From the NCBI GenBank assembly GCA_025201805.1, contig MU619253.1, forward strand, positions 126,202 to 190,201: 64,000 bases of DNA, given 5' to 3'. The DNA comes from Parasitella parasitica NRRL 2501. Taxonomy: Eukaryota; Fungi; Mucoromycota. The notes under the pieces are model-generated. The model was not told where the DNA came from. It worked only from the letters and a program-made list of their open reading frames with translations, and did no database searches. Shown here in pieces: positions 1 to 13,739 of this stretch (position 1 is its first letter; each line of letters starts with the position of its first letter). The translations under genes and the position numbers were made by a program.

Positions 1-2
1 CA

Positions 3-839
3 AAAGGTTTGCGAGCCAAACTACATTCTAAAGAAAACGTGGTTCTCGAGTCAAACAAAGAGCAAAATCAAAACCAACTCGACAATTCTTATTTGGAGGA
101 ATTGATAAAAGCTATGAAAGGCAGCATCTCTGATACATTGGAGAATATACTTTGCAATATATTCGAGGAACAAGCAGCTGAATTCAGGAACAACTATTCA
201 GTCAAAGGATCAGACGCAATTTTTGATCAAAATTTGAAAGAGTTTGATCAAAAGTTAAAAGAATTGGGAGGCTTGGATGTCAAAGAAGTCCAAGAAAAAT
301 TGAAGAAGTACGAACTGGATACAATTCTTGGCCAAAGATTAAAGTATCATTGCGAAATTTTGGGTGAGAAGGAATTGACAGATGGCAACCAGATAGAAGA
401 TGAATGTGAGAACCCTTACGAACAATTGACCAAAAAAGAAGAGTCGAGAAAAAGATGGGAACGCTTTTACAAGATAAGATTGGAATGCGTGCCAAGACAT
501 GAATGGGAAGACGAACTGAAAAAATTTGAATGCAATTTCGACAAAGGAAAAATAGAATTGTATGATGATTTCATTGAAAAAAACAAGATGGAATCCGAGG
601 AAGAATTGGACCTGAAATCGGCAGATTTGAAGGAAGATTTCAACGAACAGCTCTCACTTCTTAAGGAAAGATTTGATAACGAATTGCAAACTTTGAAGCA
701 CAAAATAGGAATAATGATCAATGAATCGGAACGACAACGAGTCTTGAACGAACGCTTCGCTGAAAATAACATTGTTAGAATAATTGGCGATATATCAGCA
801 GCTGAAGCCGCAGTAGGCATCTTAACCGCAGAGCTTTAA
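3..839 (+). CDS. 5'-truncated orphan ORF, Glu/Lys-rich predicted coiled-coil protein (possibly TE-associated)
   Basis: Intronless ORF of more than 276 codons, open from the window edge (track start is TTG); strong purine skew; AATAAA near 899; no family recognised. Confidence 0.45.
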   Translation, partial: KGLRAKLHSKENVVLESNKEQNQNQLDNSYLEELIKAMKGSISDTLENILCNIFEEQAAEFRNNYSVKGSDAIFDQNLKEFDQKLKELGGLDVKEVQEKLKKYELDTILGQRLKYHCEILGEKELTDGNQIEDECENPYEQLTKKEESRKRWERFYKIRLECVPRHEWEDELKKFECNFDKGKIELYDDFIEKNKMESEEELDLKSADLKEDFNEQLSLLKERFDNELQTLKHKIGIMINESERQRVLNERFAENNIVRIIGDISAAEAAVGILTAEL

Positions 840-1933
840 ATCCTAACTACATAGGCTTAAAATTTCTACGGTTTTACTTCATGCATACGGCACAATACAA
901 TAAAATTCATTTGAAACCAAATTAGGCATATCTTTTAATCTTCTTCCAAACCTCTTTTCTTATTCCAATTTTGCAAAACATTAGTTTTTCAAATATCTTG
1001 CATGGAAGCCCGATCGAGTAGAGGAAATACGGCATGAAATGGACGAAATGAAAGTGCGCCATTTTGGACAGAGAAAAAACCACAAGCAGTGCTACCAACC
1101 CATCTTTTCAAAAGTGTTTCGCAAATGAGAAGGCTATTCTGAAGCCTATATAATCACTATAACCACCGTTATTGCTAATCTTTTAAGAGGCAACAGCAAT
1201 GAGTGTAAGGGCGTGTAAGTAAAAAATCAGATGTTATAACTCTGCTTTGAGTTGTTCGTTCATGATTGCAAGTTTGGAAAAACTGCTGCAAATAATATCT
1301 CTGGAGCCTATGCCTTTCGTGTTCAAGGCAGTGTTTATCATCTAATGAGATCTTTTTTGTTTCATACAAAAAACATGAGCTCTACTACCCTGGCTTGACT
1401 GAAATTTGCTCTAATACACATCTTTGACGCTGATAATATGTTGAGTAGTTATAGCGTGAATATTATACTCAATTGGCAGTATGATAAATGAATGGATTCA
1501 TTTGAAATGATCACAACAAATGTTATGAGACGCGCGGGACATTTATTTTGACTTTGAGTGAGGTTTACAACTGTAATTGTGTATTAGCGGGACACCATAA
1601 ATGTGAGAGTGTATTAATATATTATCAGGGGGTAAGATCGTTATAAAAGCTTCTAAACGATACTCTTGAGTAGAATGTATATGTCTGAAAGAATATAGGC
1701 AATAAACATAAAGAAAGATTTATTGAATATGTACTTGAAGATGATAACTTTCGATATGTAAAAGATGATAATTTCGATTAACAAAACTGGTAAAATGAGA
1801 AAACGGATCAAGTCCTACTTGGAGATTATATATTCAAATGTAATTTCATTTAGAAGTTGGTCAGGTAATAACATAATAGCATAATTTATTGAATATAATA
1901 AAGGAGGAAGAAGGAAGAAAATAAGAAAATAGA

Positions 1934-3963
1934 TTATTTGTCTGCAAAGATGGAGCCTTGATGTTTGCTCAAGTAGTCAACTGACCTAGCAAGTTGAAGT
2001 CGATATGCTTCAGCAATGTCCAAAGCAGCGACCTCCCTAAGATTTTTCTCCTCAGCGTATTTCTTGATCGTCATGATGATACGACGTCTTCGCGAGTAGA
2101 AGGTTTTATCTTTTGAGGACCACCCAGGGTAGTTCTTGTCCATCCATTGAACCGAATGGCCACCACTTAATTCGTCAGCCTCAACAACGGATATTGGCGC
2201 TTGAGATGTGGAAGTTGATGCAGCAGCAGCAAGGGACATCAACGGAGTAGAGACAGCAGTTGATGTTATTGTAGGAACTTGATAATCTCCTCCCGCTGGA
2301 ATCGTTATGTTGATATTCAACGGGGCACGACCAGTGGAGATATCACTAATGTTTTTTAAGATCTCGTCCATCTTGCTGTTTGACTGAGTGGCATTCATGG
2401 CTATTTGTGATTACAACGTTGACAACATTTGTTCAATGTGGGGTACCACAGAACGCAATTGCATGCTGAAGGGATCGTTGTTTTCATGAACTACCATGGC
2501 TGCAATCAGGTCACTGTAATCAAAATAGTTAGTTTAAAGCGATTATACTTTATGATTGCTGCGATTTAACTTACTCTCTAAATTTCAAATATAAAGGATC
2601 CTGGAATAGATCGTGTTCCCATAAGTGATGATCAGGGTGGTTTCTTCGCATTTTAACAGAATCTTGAAGCAAAATTGTCCTCAATGAAATAAAAAGCTTC
2701 AAGAAGCCACCAGTAGTCGTAGTCTTCTGAGCCGTTCCTGCAGTGATTTTATCTTGCCATAGTTCCACATCAGGATAAACCTTGCGCTTCAATTCTTCTG
2801 GAAGATCTAACATGCCTCTGGGAAGATATGAGTGGCCTCCTTCTATTGGGAAGCTAGCGAGTTGTCGCATGAGCCTTCTTGGTAGACCTGTCAAGTAAGA
2901 CCCGTTCATAGACGTAGAGTTCCACTGGCCGTTTCGTCTGGTTTTGCTTTCATCGACACCCCACACATCTGCCATTCGTGCGCCTGCATCTCGAAAAATG
3001 TGGGTCGCCTTGCTTGATTGAATTCTACAAGCGTTGAGTCCTTTCTTGATAGCAACAAAATGTGCTTTGGAGGACATCTCAACCAAGTGATCTGACCCTT
3101 GAAAAGCTTGGTATCAAACTAGTCTCTGGAAGTTGCCATGTTTGGGAGCGCCTCTCCCTGGCATTGGAAGCGATAGAACAGATAAAACGAGAGCATCATG
3201 AGCGGACAAATCTCAGTGAATTTGCTTCGCATACATCCAGATATCCGAATGGCTCCATGTTTGTTTGATGCTATCAGTCATTAGATACAGCAAGGCAAGG
3301 CAAGGTATAGGCCCTTCAGCAGCAAAATTCAGTGACTGAAGATCCACTGATTCAGCTTGACGAGCAGAAGCTCCGCGAAGATACATGTAGTATGAGAGTA
3401 AACAAATTAGGGCACTAAGCAAGCCTTCTTCACTATTTTGATCGATGTAGTGATCAATTGAAGCCGTTAGCTCCCCGACCGTCGTGTATCCATCACCAAC
3501 AGTCAGTGCTACACGGTCTTGATACTCGTTCCTCTCCATCTTGTTCTCTTTCCTTGCCAGAATTTCTATAGATTGTTCACATTCAATTCGAAGATGAGGG
3601 AAGCTATTTATGCCTTTGTTTCGTTGATCTCTCCAAAGATCGACAATTGCTGCAAGATGGATTTTTATTGTATTTGCGCTGAGAGTTGCATTGGGATCTT
3701 CGCCATGCTGAAGTTTTAGCCTCTTGCGTTGAGAATGCTGTGATGAAAGAAAACCATTAGACATTGAACAAATGCTTATCATTTTGTTTATACCTCTTTG
3801 TCGATATAAAACGCGACCTTGGATCCACTCACAGTGTGTCTTGTGGGATCTTCTAACACAAAATTTTTCGATCAAAAAAAGGCAGATATTCTTGTTGCAT
3901 ACCCTCAGAAGTGTTTGCGGTATTCTTTCGTCTGTGATCTCGTCTTGCTTGATAATTTGTCAT
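1934..3963 (-). mobile_element. Decayed Crypton (tyrosine-recombinase DNA transposon, Ndc10-like domain plus GCR1_C domain)
   Basis: Fragments across frames read YLRGASAR, FYLFYRF, KATHIFR, NGQWNSTSMNGSYLTGLPR, FPIEGGHSYLPR and WMDKNYPGWSSKDKTFYSRRRRII (GCR1_C). Canonical intron at 2514-2574 (GTAAGT..CTAAC..CAG). Premature stops near 3213, 3119 and 2411, plus frameshifts. Confidence 0.85.
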
Positions 3964-4809
3964 TGAGATTCTCTTATTCTTAAATATACTTTAGCTTTTT
4001 CAAAAAGATGGGATTGGGGAATTGCATTTTTGGGATCATACAGTTTTGTTAGTTACTGAGATAATTAAAAATTTTACGTGTACTTCAACAGTATTTTAAA
4101 TTGGAAGATGGACCTTGAGTATGTTTTTAAGTCAAACCGGCGTATTACTGCGAACTAAAATGTGCCGAGGATATCTTAGAGGTCTTTTATCTAATAGTTT
4201 GTATGTAGGAATGTATGCATTGAAAAATTAAACAAACCCACACACTCTGAACAAACATACTTACGATAGTAAAGATGGATCATGGCCAATTGAATAGCCT
4301 TATTCGTAGGAGTTTTTTATTCAGATGACAAATTTGTTGTTCAAATTGCTCATGGCTCGGCAAACTATACTCTCGTGACAATTTTGCTATAAAGACCATC
4401 CAAAAGGGATGCGGCATCGCTCATGAGCATGCTCTCGTCATCAGAATGGGCGAAAAAGAAGACCTTGCCTCCTCAAGTCTTCGAAACTGATTTCTATACC
4501 ATCATTGTCCTCCTACCATATCCAATGCAGCGTTTGGCTGCATGCTTTCATAAATCAAATCAAGTCAGTCCTGAATTGAAGGACTGGTACTCATGACCAT
4601 CACATCATTATAGCTTCTCCAAACAGTAATCGGAGGTTGGTACATAAAAGGTAACACCCGAAAAACAGAAAACGTTTATTTTATCATTTGTATTTGCTAG
4701 GTATGAATATTCTACGAGTGAATTATCAATAAACCTTTTTTTGTAAAAATAAAAAAAAAACCCATATAACCAGCATTGCCATGCCCTATCAAATATACAT
4801 AACACACCA

Positions 4810-6267
4810 TTAATTCTTGACGACTTGAACAACATCTTCATCACCCACTAAATGGTTGATACCAACACGTTGTGGGTTGTGCTTTGTTGACGTTCCCTAT
4901 GGCGAATATTGTCAATAACCTTATTTTCTGCTTTTCTAAAGTATATTCCTACCCAGACTAAAGCATATCTAAAGTTGTTTGTCAAGGATCTGTGAATAGC
5001 ATGGCACACATGTTCAATCGTAGCGCCGTTTCTAACAATGAGGCCATCACTGAAATCAGGATATTCACCTCTCTTTTTTGTATATACACGCATCAAGTTC
5101 AGTTTTCTCCAAATAGTCTCAATGAGATAATCTAAATTGAGGTCATCTTCACAGGATACAACAACTGTATTTTCCTCGTGAGCCAAACGATTGACCTCCT
5201 CCAAACTAATCTGATCAATCTTGTTGTAACACTACAAGTTATCGAGAAATTAAATAGTGCCCAATCTGTATTCCTCAAGTTCAAGCAGCTAAACTTACGT
5301 AAATGCACTTGATATATCTTCTGTTACCGAGAATAACGTCAATGAATTGATCTACAGTGATGTCCTCACGAATCACAATATCTGCGTTAAAAATTTCTAC
5401 GTATAATACGATTAGATCATCTATCAAGGCACGCTCTGTATGGCCATACTGTAATCATGCAAAATGTTGTGCACCATTTTTTGGTCGATCTTTGTTAATT
5501 TGAGAGTCGCATTGAAGCTAATACCACCAGCTTTTTTTATCTTGAAAGACACGTTAGGGAAACTTTGATTCAAACGAATACCAACAGCTTCTAATTCAGC
5601 CTCCAGTAAAGGTCTACATGGTAGTGAAATGGGCGTTATTTACGAGGGTCTACTCCCGACCCAACCCCTTACCTTTGATGGGCAGATTTAGTGGCATCTA
5701 ACATCATCAACACAACATCAGCCGTACGTGCAACAGCGATGACTTGCCGACCACGGCCTTTACCTTGAGAAGCACCTTCAATAATACCAGGCAAATCCAG
5801 AAGCTGAATATTGGCACCTTTGTATGTGAATTTACCGGGAACACAGGTCAAAGTCGTAAATTCGTAGCTTGCAACAGCAGATTCGGTAGGTGTCAATTTC
5901 GATAAAAGAGTAGATTTACCAACTGAGGGAAAGCCAATCATGACTACGCGGGCATCTCCAGATTTCATGACATCGAAACCCTCACCCTAACAACATGACA
6001 CAATAAGAAATTAAAAGGGCAACAACAAAGAACTCTCCAAACCTTTTCAGACTTTGTCTTTGCGCCCTCCAAGAGCTGTACACGGTATCTGGCTAGTTTG
6101 GCCTTCAAAAGACCGAGATGGTATTCGGTAGCTAAAGGGACGAGGAGAAAAAGTTTTCTTGATGTTTAAAGATTGTGTGGTACTTTGCGAGTTTGCAACT
6201 AACCCTTGTTCTTTTGCGTGCGTCTGATTTCGTTCTCGATATCATTAATTTTTTCGACAATCCCCAT
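4810..6267 (-). CDS. RBG2: Developmentally regulated GTP-binding protein 2 (DRG2/Rbg2), multi-exon
   Basis: [35 protein letters not shown]; G1 GFPSVGKS; YEFTTLT; [19 protein letters not shown]; C-terminal TGS domain ending [23 protein letters not shown]. Confidence 0.95.
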
Positions 6268-6541
6268 CTTGACAAGTGATGTCTTACGAAGGCTTATGTA
6301 TAAAAGAAAGAAACAAAGTTCAAACTGGCAACAGTTGAACGGCCTTGCAAAGAAGCCAAGTTTCTGAATAGTCACGGGTAAATGCCTGATAATAGTCCAT
6401 CAGCCCTTTCATCAATGCAACTAACCAAGGTATAGCAGAAACACTAGTCAATCATATAGCTTCTTAATGGGTCTATATTGCAAGTCTATTTATTATATGC
6501 GGTTTCTAAATCATATTTTTGTTTATTGATATCTATTTGAA

Positions 6542-7557
6542 TTAGGATCTTCCTCTCATCATTTGACGCTTAGCCTTGCCTGGTCGTTTGACGCTACTCT
6601 TTTTATCCAGTGACATGCCCTTCTTTGCAGGATTTGCAATGGTGTTTGTCCCCTTTTTTCTCTTGCCCAAAGAATATTTAGCATCCTAAAGACAGCAACT
6701 ATTAATTATTGGTCTGGCTGATATGCTTATTGGTAATACCTTTGAGTCTCTATCATAGTTCTTGGCAGGTCTATCATCCCTTGATTTTCCATTATTTGTA
6801 GCAGCTGCTAATCTCTCTGCTTCTTCCAAGTCGACATTGAATTCGTCATCAAGGGTTACTTCAGCACCATCCTTTCTCTCTATAAATTATATTAGATCGT
6901 TTTAAATTACGTAAATCAGCACAATTACGTACTTCTTGATAGTAGCTTGATTCTTTCGTTTGATTTTGCTTTCTTTTGTTCCTTGTTAAAGATTTGTAAT
7001 CTACGTAACGCATCCTCATCTCCATCTTTAGCCTCGGCAATAAGTCGTTGGCGAACTGCTTCCATTTGCTTATCATCTTTCAACATGGGCGCAATGAAAT
7101 TCTCAGGCCTGAAGAAAGCAACACCAGCTTCTTCTGCAAGTTTCCTTCCAACAAGCGCTGCATTTAATGCTTGCTTGTAGAATGCTTCTTCCCGCAAAAG
7201 ATCGTCATACACATCAGCTACTTGGACAGGCTCTTCTGATGTCACTGTTAATGTCTCTATCCATGGCATGTTTTTCAACCTGATATCATCAGTAATGCGT
7301 TCCAAAGCATCCTAATAATTGCTTTAGTTGGCCTTTAGTAATTTGATTGTAGGTTCTGCAATGACTACCTCATTATTGACTAATATCCTTTGTTCAATGA
7401 CCATATCGCCGTATTCATCATCAATATCATCTTCGTCGAGGTCTTCTAAACGAATCCAGACAGGTTCAGCATCTTCTTTTACAGTATCTTTACCGACTCC
7501 AGCCATTTCTGTTGCTGGTGTGTGATCCAACTTTGCTTTTTGATTTTGTGGTGCCAT
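6542..7557 (-). CDS. EBP2: rRNA-processing protein EBP2-like, multi-exon
   Basis: PWIETLTVTS, DDLLREEAFYKQAL, FFRPENFIAPMLKDDKQM; C-terminus KRPGKAKR. Confidence 0.85.
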
Positions 7558-8157
7558 TGAATTACTATGTTTAATCAAAAAACATCACTGAAATAAAAAA
7601 TTTGCCAGCAGATTTTATGTGACCTCTGCATTTGTGCTATATGTCGGTAGCCGCTAATGCTTTGTGATGCTATAATTGTAGTCTCTACCTTGTTCAGACT
7701 ACCAAGTTATTGTCTTAACGGACCATGATGACCTTTATGCTTTTCGAACCATAATGGCTAGCATGGAAGCAATTGTTGTATATCTTGAAGTTCTTAGTCT
7801 CCAATGTTCGCATATTTACACATTGTGGTTTTCTTACTCCCTAACCAATTCCATCATTCAAATGTGCATCAAACTGATTTCTTTCTATCAAATAGATTGT
7901 GATATAACTCTGGTATAGTATCTTTTTATTCAAGTTCTGATGGTTTGTTTACACTTGTAAATGTGTATTTATGCATAATTAATCGTGTTGATGCAATATT
8001 GCTTTAAACTTTTATATGGGATAATGATCAAGTGATTTATTTGAATTTCCAAGAATGGTCAAGGGTAGTAGTTTAAGATACATAGTACATAGATAAAAGA
8101 GAATTATACTGAAATTGGTATATTATGTAATACACGAGGGATTGCGTATGTACGGCG

Positions 8158-10362
8158 TTAACGAGGGAATATTCGGATTTTCCATTCTTCTTTATCATCA
8201 GTTGGCGATGGCGTTGTGGCCATTACGTTTTGAGCGTCATTTTTTTTGGATGCACCAGCATCATTTATGCTGTGAGACTTACCAATTGCCATATCCTCTA
8301 CTAAAAATGGGTTGTTTTCGTCTCTTGCTTTTTGCTCTTCGATTTGAAGCTTCTTTGCTAGTTCAGCATCGCGCTTGATTTGATCGTACTGAGACAAGTA
8401 CATTTCCAGCGTATCGGGGTCGAATCCAAGCTCATCTTCATCATCTTCACTGCTGCTAGCCAAAGCAGCAGAGGCGAAATCCTCTTCTTCATTGAATCGG
8501 CTAGACCGACTCATAATGGATACCATATCATCAGTAGTGGGGGCCGTAATTATAGTTTTGGAATCAGAATTATCACTGTCACTTGCTTTCCATGCTCTTG
8601 TCAGTAGGTCTCTCCATTCAGACATGATGGTTTCATCCTGCATCATAGCTGACTCTGCGTCAGCATCCATTGTAGTCTCTGGGAACATATATTCATCGGC
8701 AGCAGCCTCTGGTGCCGCTGCTGGCAGCTTCTCCATAGGTAGACACGGGACATTTGCCGGTTCAGAATCTGCGGTTGCGGCAGGCGTAGAGGGAGGTGAG
8801 GGGGGTATACCATTGTATAATAGACTCCAATAAAAACCCAAGCCAGCAAAGAACAGATATGGCTCGATACTACAAAAGGTAATAGCCAAATAAGCTTCAT
8901 AGACAATAATCATCATTGTAACTAAAAGGAGTGATGTGCAGATCAATAATGCAGCAGGTTTGGCTAGATACAAAAAAAAAAAGAGGCAATTTAGTAAAAA
9001 ATGTTTCACGAATACACAAATATATAATCCTCACCTATCCATGGCTTTGCCATGCGCTGCAATTCGCCTAATAGTTGGATCATGGTGCGGTAGTATCGAG
9101 TAGCAACTTTTGCTGCCGTCTGCATGAATGGTTTTGTAGTGGCATCTTTTGTTGATGCTCCAGCGATATCAATTCTCCTTTGCTGCTGGTCGTCAGCATG
9201 GATTTCAAGCGGTGATTCGATAAAAGTCGAAGCATTTTCGTCGTTTGCGGACGGTTGTGATTCACAAGAAGTGGATGGATTGACAACATGTAAAGGGAGT
9301 GGCGGTGGTTGGGAAAGTGAGGATGGCAATAGCAAAGGCACAGGAGGCACATTTCCGCCACTGCTGTTCATAGTAGACGACTTCTTTTGCCTTGTTGGCG
9401 TTAATAACTGCATAGTGAATAGGGATTGGAATTCAACCAAGAATTCAATGACGTATTGTGATATTTTGTATTGAACAGGCGTATTATGGTCTGGATGGCG
9501 AAGAATACCAGGGCAAAATACAGCAGACAGGTTTGAAACGTCCATTTTAGTTTCAGAGGCAGTGGTAGCAAACAAACTGAGTGTGTCGAGCAAGTAGAGC
9601 AATAAATGCTGATGGGAAGACGGCAGACTCTGAACTAGCTTCTGAAATGCTTCTATACGTTGTTCTGTATCTTTGTATGTATTGTTATCTAACAAAATTG
9701 CGTGAGTCATTATCATCACCTCTTGTCGTACACAGCGTACTAACTCATAACATCGCGGAACTTTTCATAATATTCAAACGGGATTACAGGATCAGGCAGT
9801 TTATTCAAGTATCTTCTCAAAACACTTGCGGCGTCATGCACAGTGTAACCCTCCCAATTCAGCTCCAATCCATAATTGCTATCGCTTTGATCAAACTGAA
9901 GTTCTAGAGCATTGACTCGTTTAAAGTTACCAGAGACACGAAAAATACCTTCAACCTCCAAGCCTATATTTGTGATAAATTTAGGACGCAATAATATGAG
10001 GCAGAGTAAACGATTCAATATACGCACCATTCTTTTTGAGGTATGAGCCACATTTTGCAACGACAATAGGAACTGCTCCTGCTTTTGTATGCTTAATGCC
10101 ATCGTCGTCGACATAGCCAACTGTAGTCTTTGCGTACTTGATAGACATTTCAAGTGGTATACCAAATACACCGCCTATAATGTACAACAATTAATTGGAT
10201 GTATGCGCCCTTTGCTTTCTATATACCTTTTGGTGTTGTATCTAAAACAACCTTTCGACTGGCAGCACTATTGGGGACGGTAACTCTTTTCAACCAGCCA
10301 CGAAAGGACCTTCGCTTGGTTAAAGTAGCTGTAGGATTGCTATTGGAGCGCTTCATTGACAT
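8158..10362 (-). CDS. RhoGAP-domain protein (Sac7/Bag7-like) with C-terminal hydrophobic helices and acidic tail
   Basis: [26 protein letters not shown] (Arg finger), [36 protein letters not shown]. Intron 8964-9034 joins the 8158-8963 exon in frame. Confidence 0.88.
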
Positions 10363-11723
10363 CGTATTTGCATTTAATAAATAATGAAGAAGAAAAGAAA
10401 AGAGAATAAACTAATAGACCAAATCAATGCTCTTAAATACGAAAGTGGGTTTACATTATCCTCTAGTGTAACTAAATTACGTCAAAACCCTTTTCAAGGA
10501 AAGTTGCCTAACCTTAAACCATATTAACTCGCTTTCATGCTAATACGGTATTATGCTAGCAGATCGACTTTTTTTTTATACTAAGCATTAAGGAACAGCA
10601 GATTTTGATTTGCTATGATATCATGGCTTCTTGGTTTTATATGTAAAGACTCGCTGGAAAACCTCACAATATTGGAAGATGTCTATTGTACCTGGAGAAT
10701 AAACTGCTTACCATAGTATTACAACAATAGGACGAAGCATTTGATCTAATATAAACGCGCTACTTCTACATGTGGCGTTAATGCTCCTAAATTCAGTTTC
10801 AATCTTAGTGGTGTAAGCTTTTGGATTTTGTAAGTACATGTATATACTGTTTGGAGATGATGAATATGCGAAGCCCTGTTACCTCATTGTCTTCTATATG
10901 TTGTCATTTAGTTTGCGTCTTTCGTCAATCAACTAGAAACGAAACACAATCTGAAGGCCAAAAAAAACAAGTTTCCGTTGTAAAATACTCTCACTATATG
11001 TTACTGTTAACTGGGCAATCTGCAATTTTAATTTTGCATGCTATCATAGAAGCAGTGTTTATTGGATCTGGAATGCGTTTTTTAAAGACTTTACCTTGAT
11101 TAAGTTACCCAGCAATTTAAACATAACGTATTTTTTTATTTCTTTTTGGTTTAATGTACTTTTGCAGAACTGGAGGATTTTGCTAAAAACAAAATCTTTA
11201 TGATGCAGCAATGTTAATATTATATATCATCAAACCACGATTCAAAGATAGAGGGATCAAATTAATAGAAATATTAAATCAATCATAGAATGATGGGATA
11301 TGCAATAAAGAATTTTATGAAAGAAAAAACTTTTTTTTTATTACATAAACAGTAAGCCGAAATAAATACACAATGGACCTGGCTGCGTGTTCTAATGTAT
11401 AACATATTAGTATTTCATACAAAAAACAATAAAACGAGAAAAGATGAAAATGGTTTTTTATCAGTTAGCAAATCAGATGTGTTTGAATCATTGATTCTCT
11501 CTTCCAGTTGTTAAAGACAACGGCAATTCATCCTTCAAAACCTTTCATCTTTTTTTTTTAAAAAAAAAAGATACATTTAATGCTTACCATTTCAAATTTT
11601 TTTTTTTTTTTTGGTGATAAAGATGAATGAAAGATTAGAAAATTTTTCATCGTTTTATTATGTGTAAAGGAGTCAAATTAATGGTCACGTAACATTACAT
11701 ATTGATACTGGTACACAAGTGTT

Positions 11724-12504
<781 letters not shown>

Positions 12505-13190
12505 GGCTTAAACTTATAGTTTTAACAAGTTAAAACAAGAAAATCAAAAGAGTATCACCCTTTTTTTTTTTATGAAGGCTGCGTCTCAAATAGGTGTGCT
12601 GTTCCTTGTTGAACCTTCAAGACGAATAGACAATCATAACATGATATCTCGTTACACTTAATAAGGTCATTTATTTATCTTTTTTGCTGAAACATCCCAT
12701 AAGACATTTTGTGTTGACAAATGAAACGCCAAAAACAACAAGCCAAGGCCACAAAATGAGAGGGAAACTCGCAGTACATGTATTCTGCATACAGCAAATT
12801 AAAAATAAGGATGATCCTTCCAATAAAAAGTGCTTTATATGCAATGGCATCTGTGAAGACACTTTTTTTGAAATAGTCAGAAGATAGAGCCCTGCCTGAC
12901 TTGGTGATTAAGTGCCCCAAAAACGTTTTTAACCAAATCAATCGTGCATTTGATTGCTGCATCTGTCATTTTTATGTTGATGTTTGCTCAGCATACATCA
13001 TAAGAATACTATTGATTATCTTGGTATAATTTTCAGGTACAACAGCATCGTTTACAATTGATAATTCAAAATGTTATAATAATTTATTTATATATGTCAT
13101 GTATTTAATGAAATATACAAAAGGGATAAATAATGCGATGGTTTGTATATATATAGTACATAGAGAAAGTTTAAAAGAAGGGACACAAGA

Positions 13191-13536
13191 TTAACGGAAA
13201 TAACCACCAAAGTACAATTGGTTTGAAGGCAAAATGTAATCATTGGGGTTTCTGTTACTATGAAAACATTTAATAATTACGCTCCTGATCTTGTTATAAA
13301 ATAAGTACTTACTGGTTAACCATTGTTTGGTATACATTTGGATTAGCAACACTAGAATTAACAAGCTGCTGATTCACATATTGTTGATGCGAATACTGAG
13401 GAATATACCACTGTTGGTATTGCTGCGGGAGAGGAACCCATTGACCATTAGCGAGACGCACATAGGGAATAGCAATTCGCTTGCCATTGTTAGTAGTATA
13501 AAGGTATTGGACTTCAGCACTGTATTGAGTACCCAT
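13191..13536 (-). CDS. Small (~94 aa) Q/N/Y-rich protein with an N-terminal MGxxxS motif
   Basis: TATAAAA near 13607-13613; ATG at 13536; one GT-AG intron near 13249-13312; last exon NPNDYILPSNQLYFGGYFR*. Confidence 0.6.
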
Positions 13537-13739
13537 AGTAAAGCGTTGATTTGTTATTTTGGATTTAAAATGATGAAAAGAAAGAAGGACAAGGATGAGT
13601 AGGATTTTTTATAGAGGTTTGAAGGTGATGTCAAACTTAAAGGAGAAATGTCATGTCGAATGGCATGTACATCTCACAGCAACAAAGAATTTGAAGGTTT
13701 TACAACCATGTGAGGCAATTTTTTATTTCCTTTATTAAT

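Noticed and set aside
4320-4610. Coding-like stretch downstream of RBG2
   Set aside because: Stops in all frames and no family recognised
7735-7760. GGTTCGA T-loop-like motif on the minus strand
   Set aside because: No T-stem or cloverleaf pairing; not a tRNA
12675-12962. 95-aa minus-strand ORF between URA6 and the microprotein gene
   Set aside because: No recognisable motif or codon bias; cannot support it as a gene
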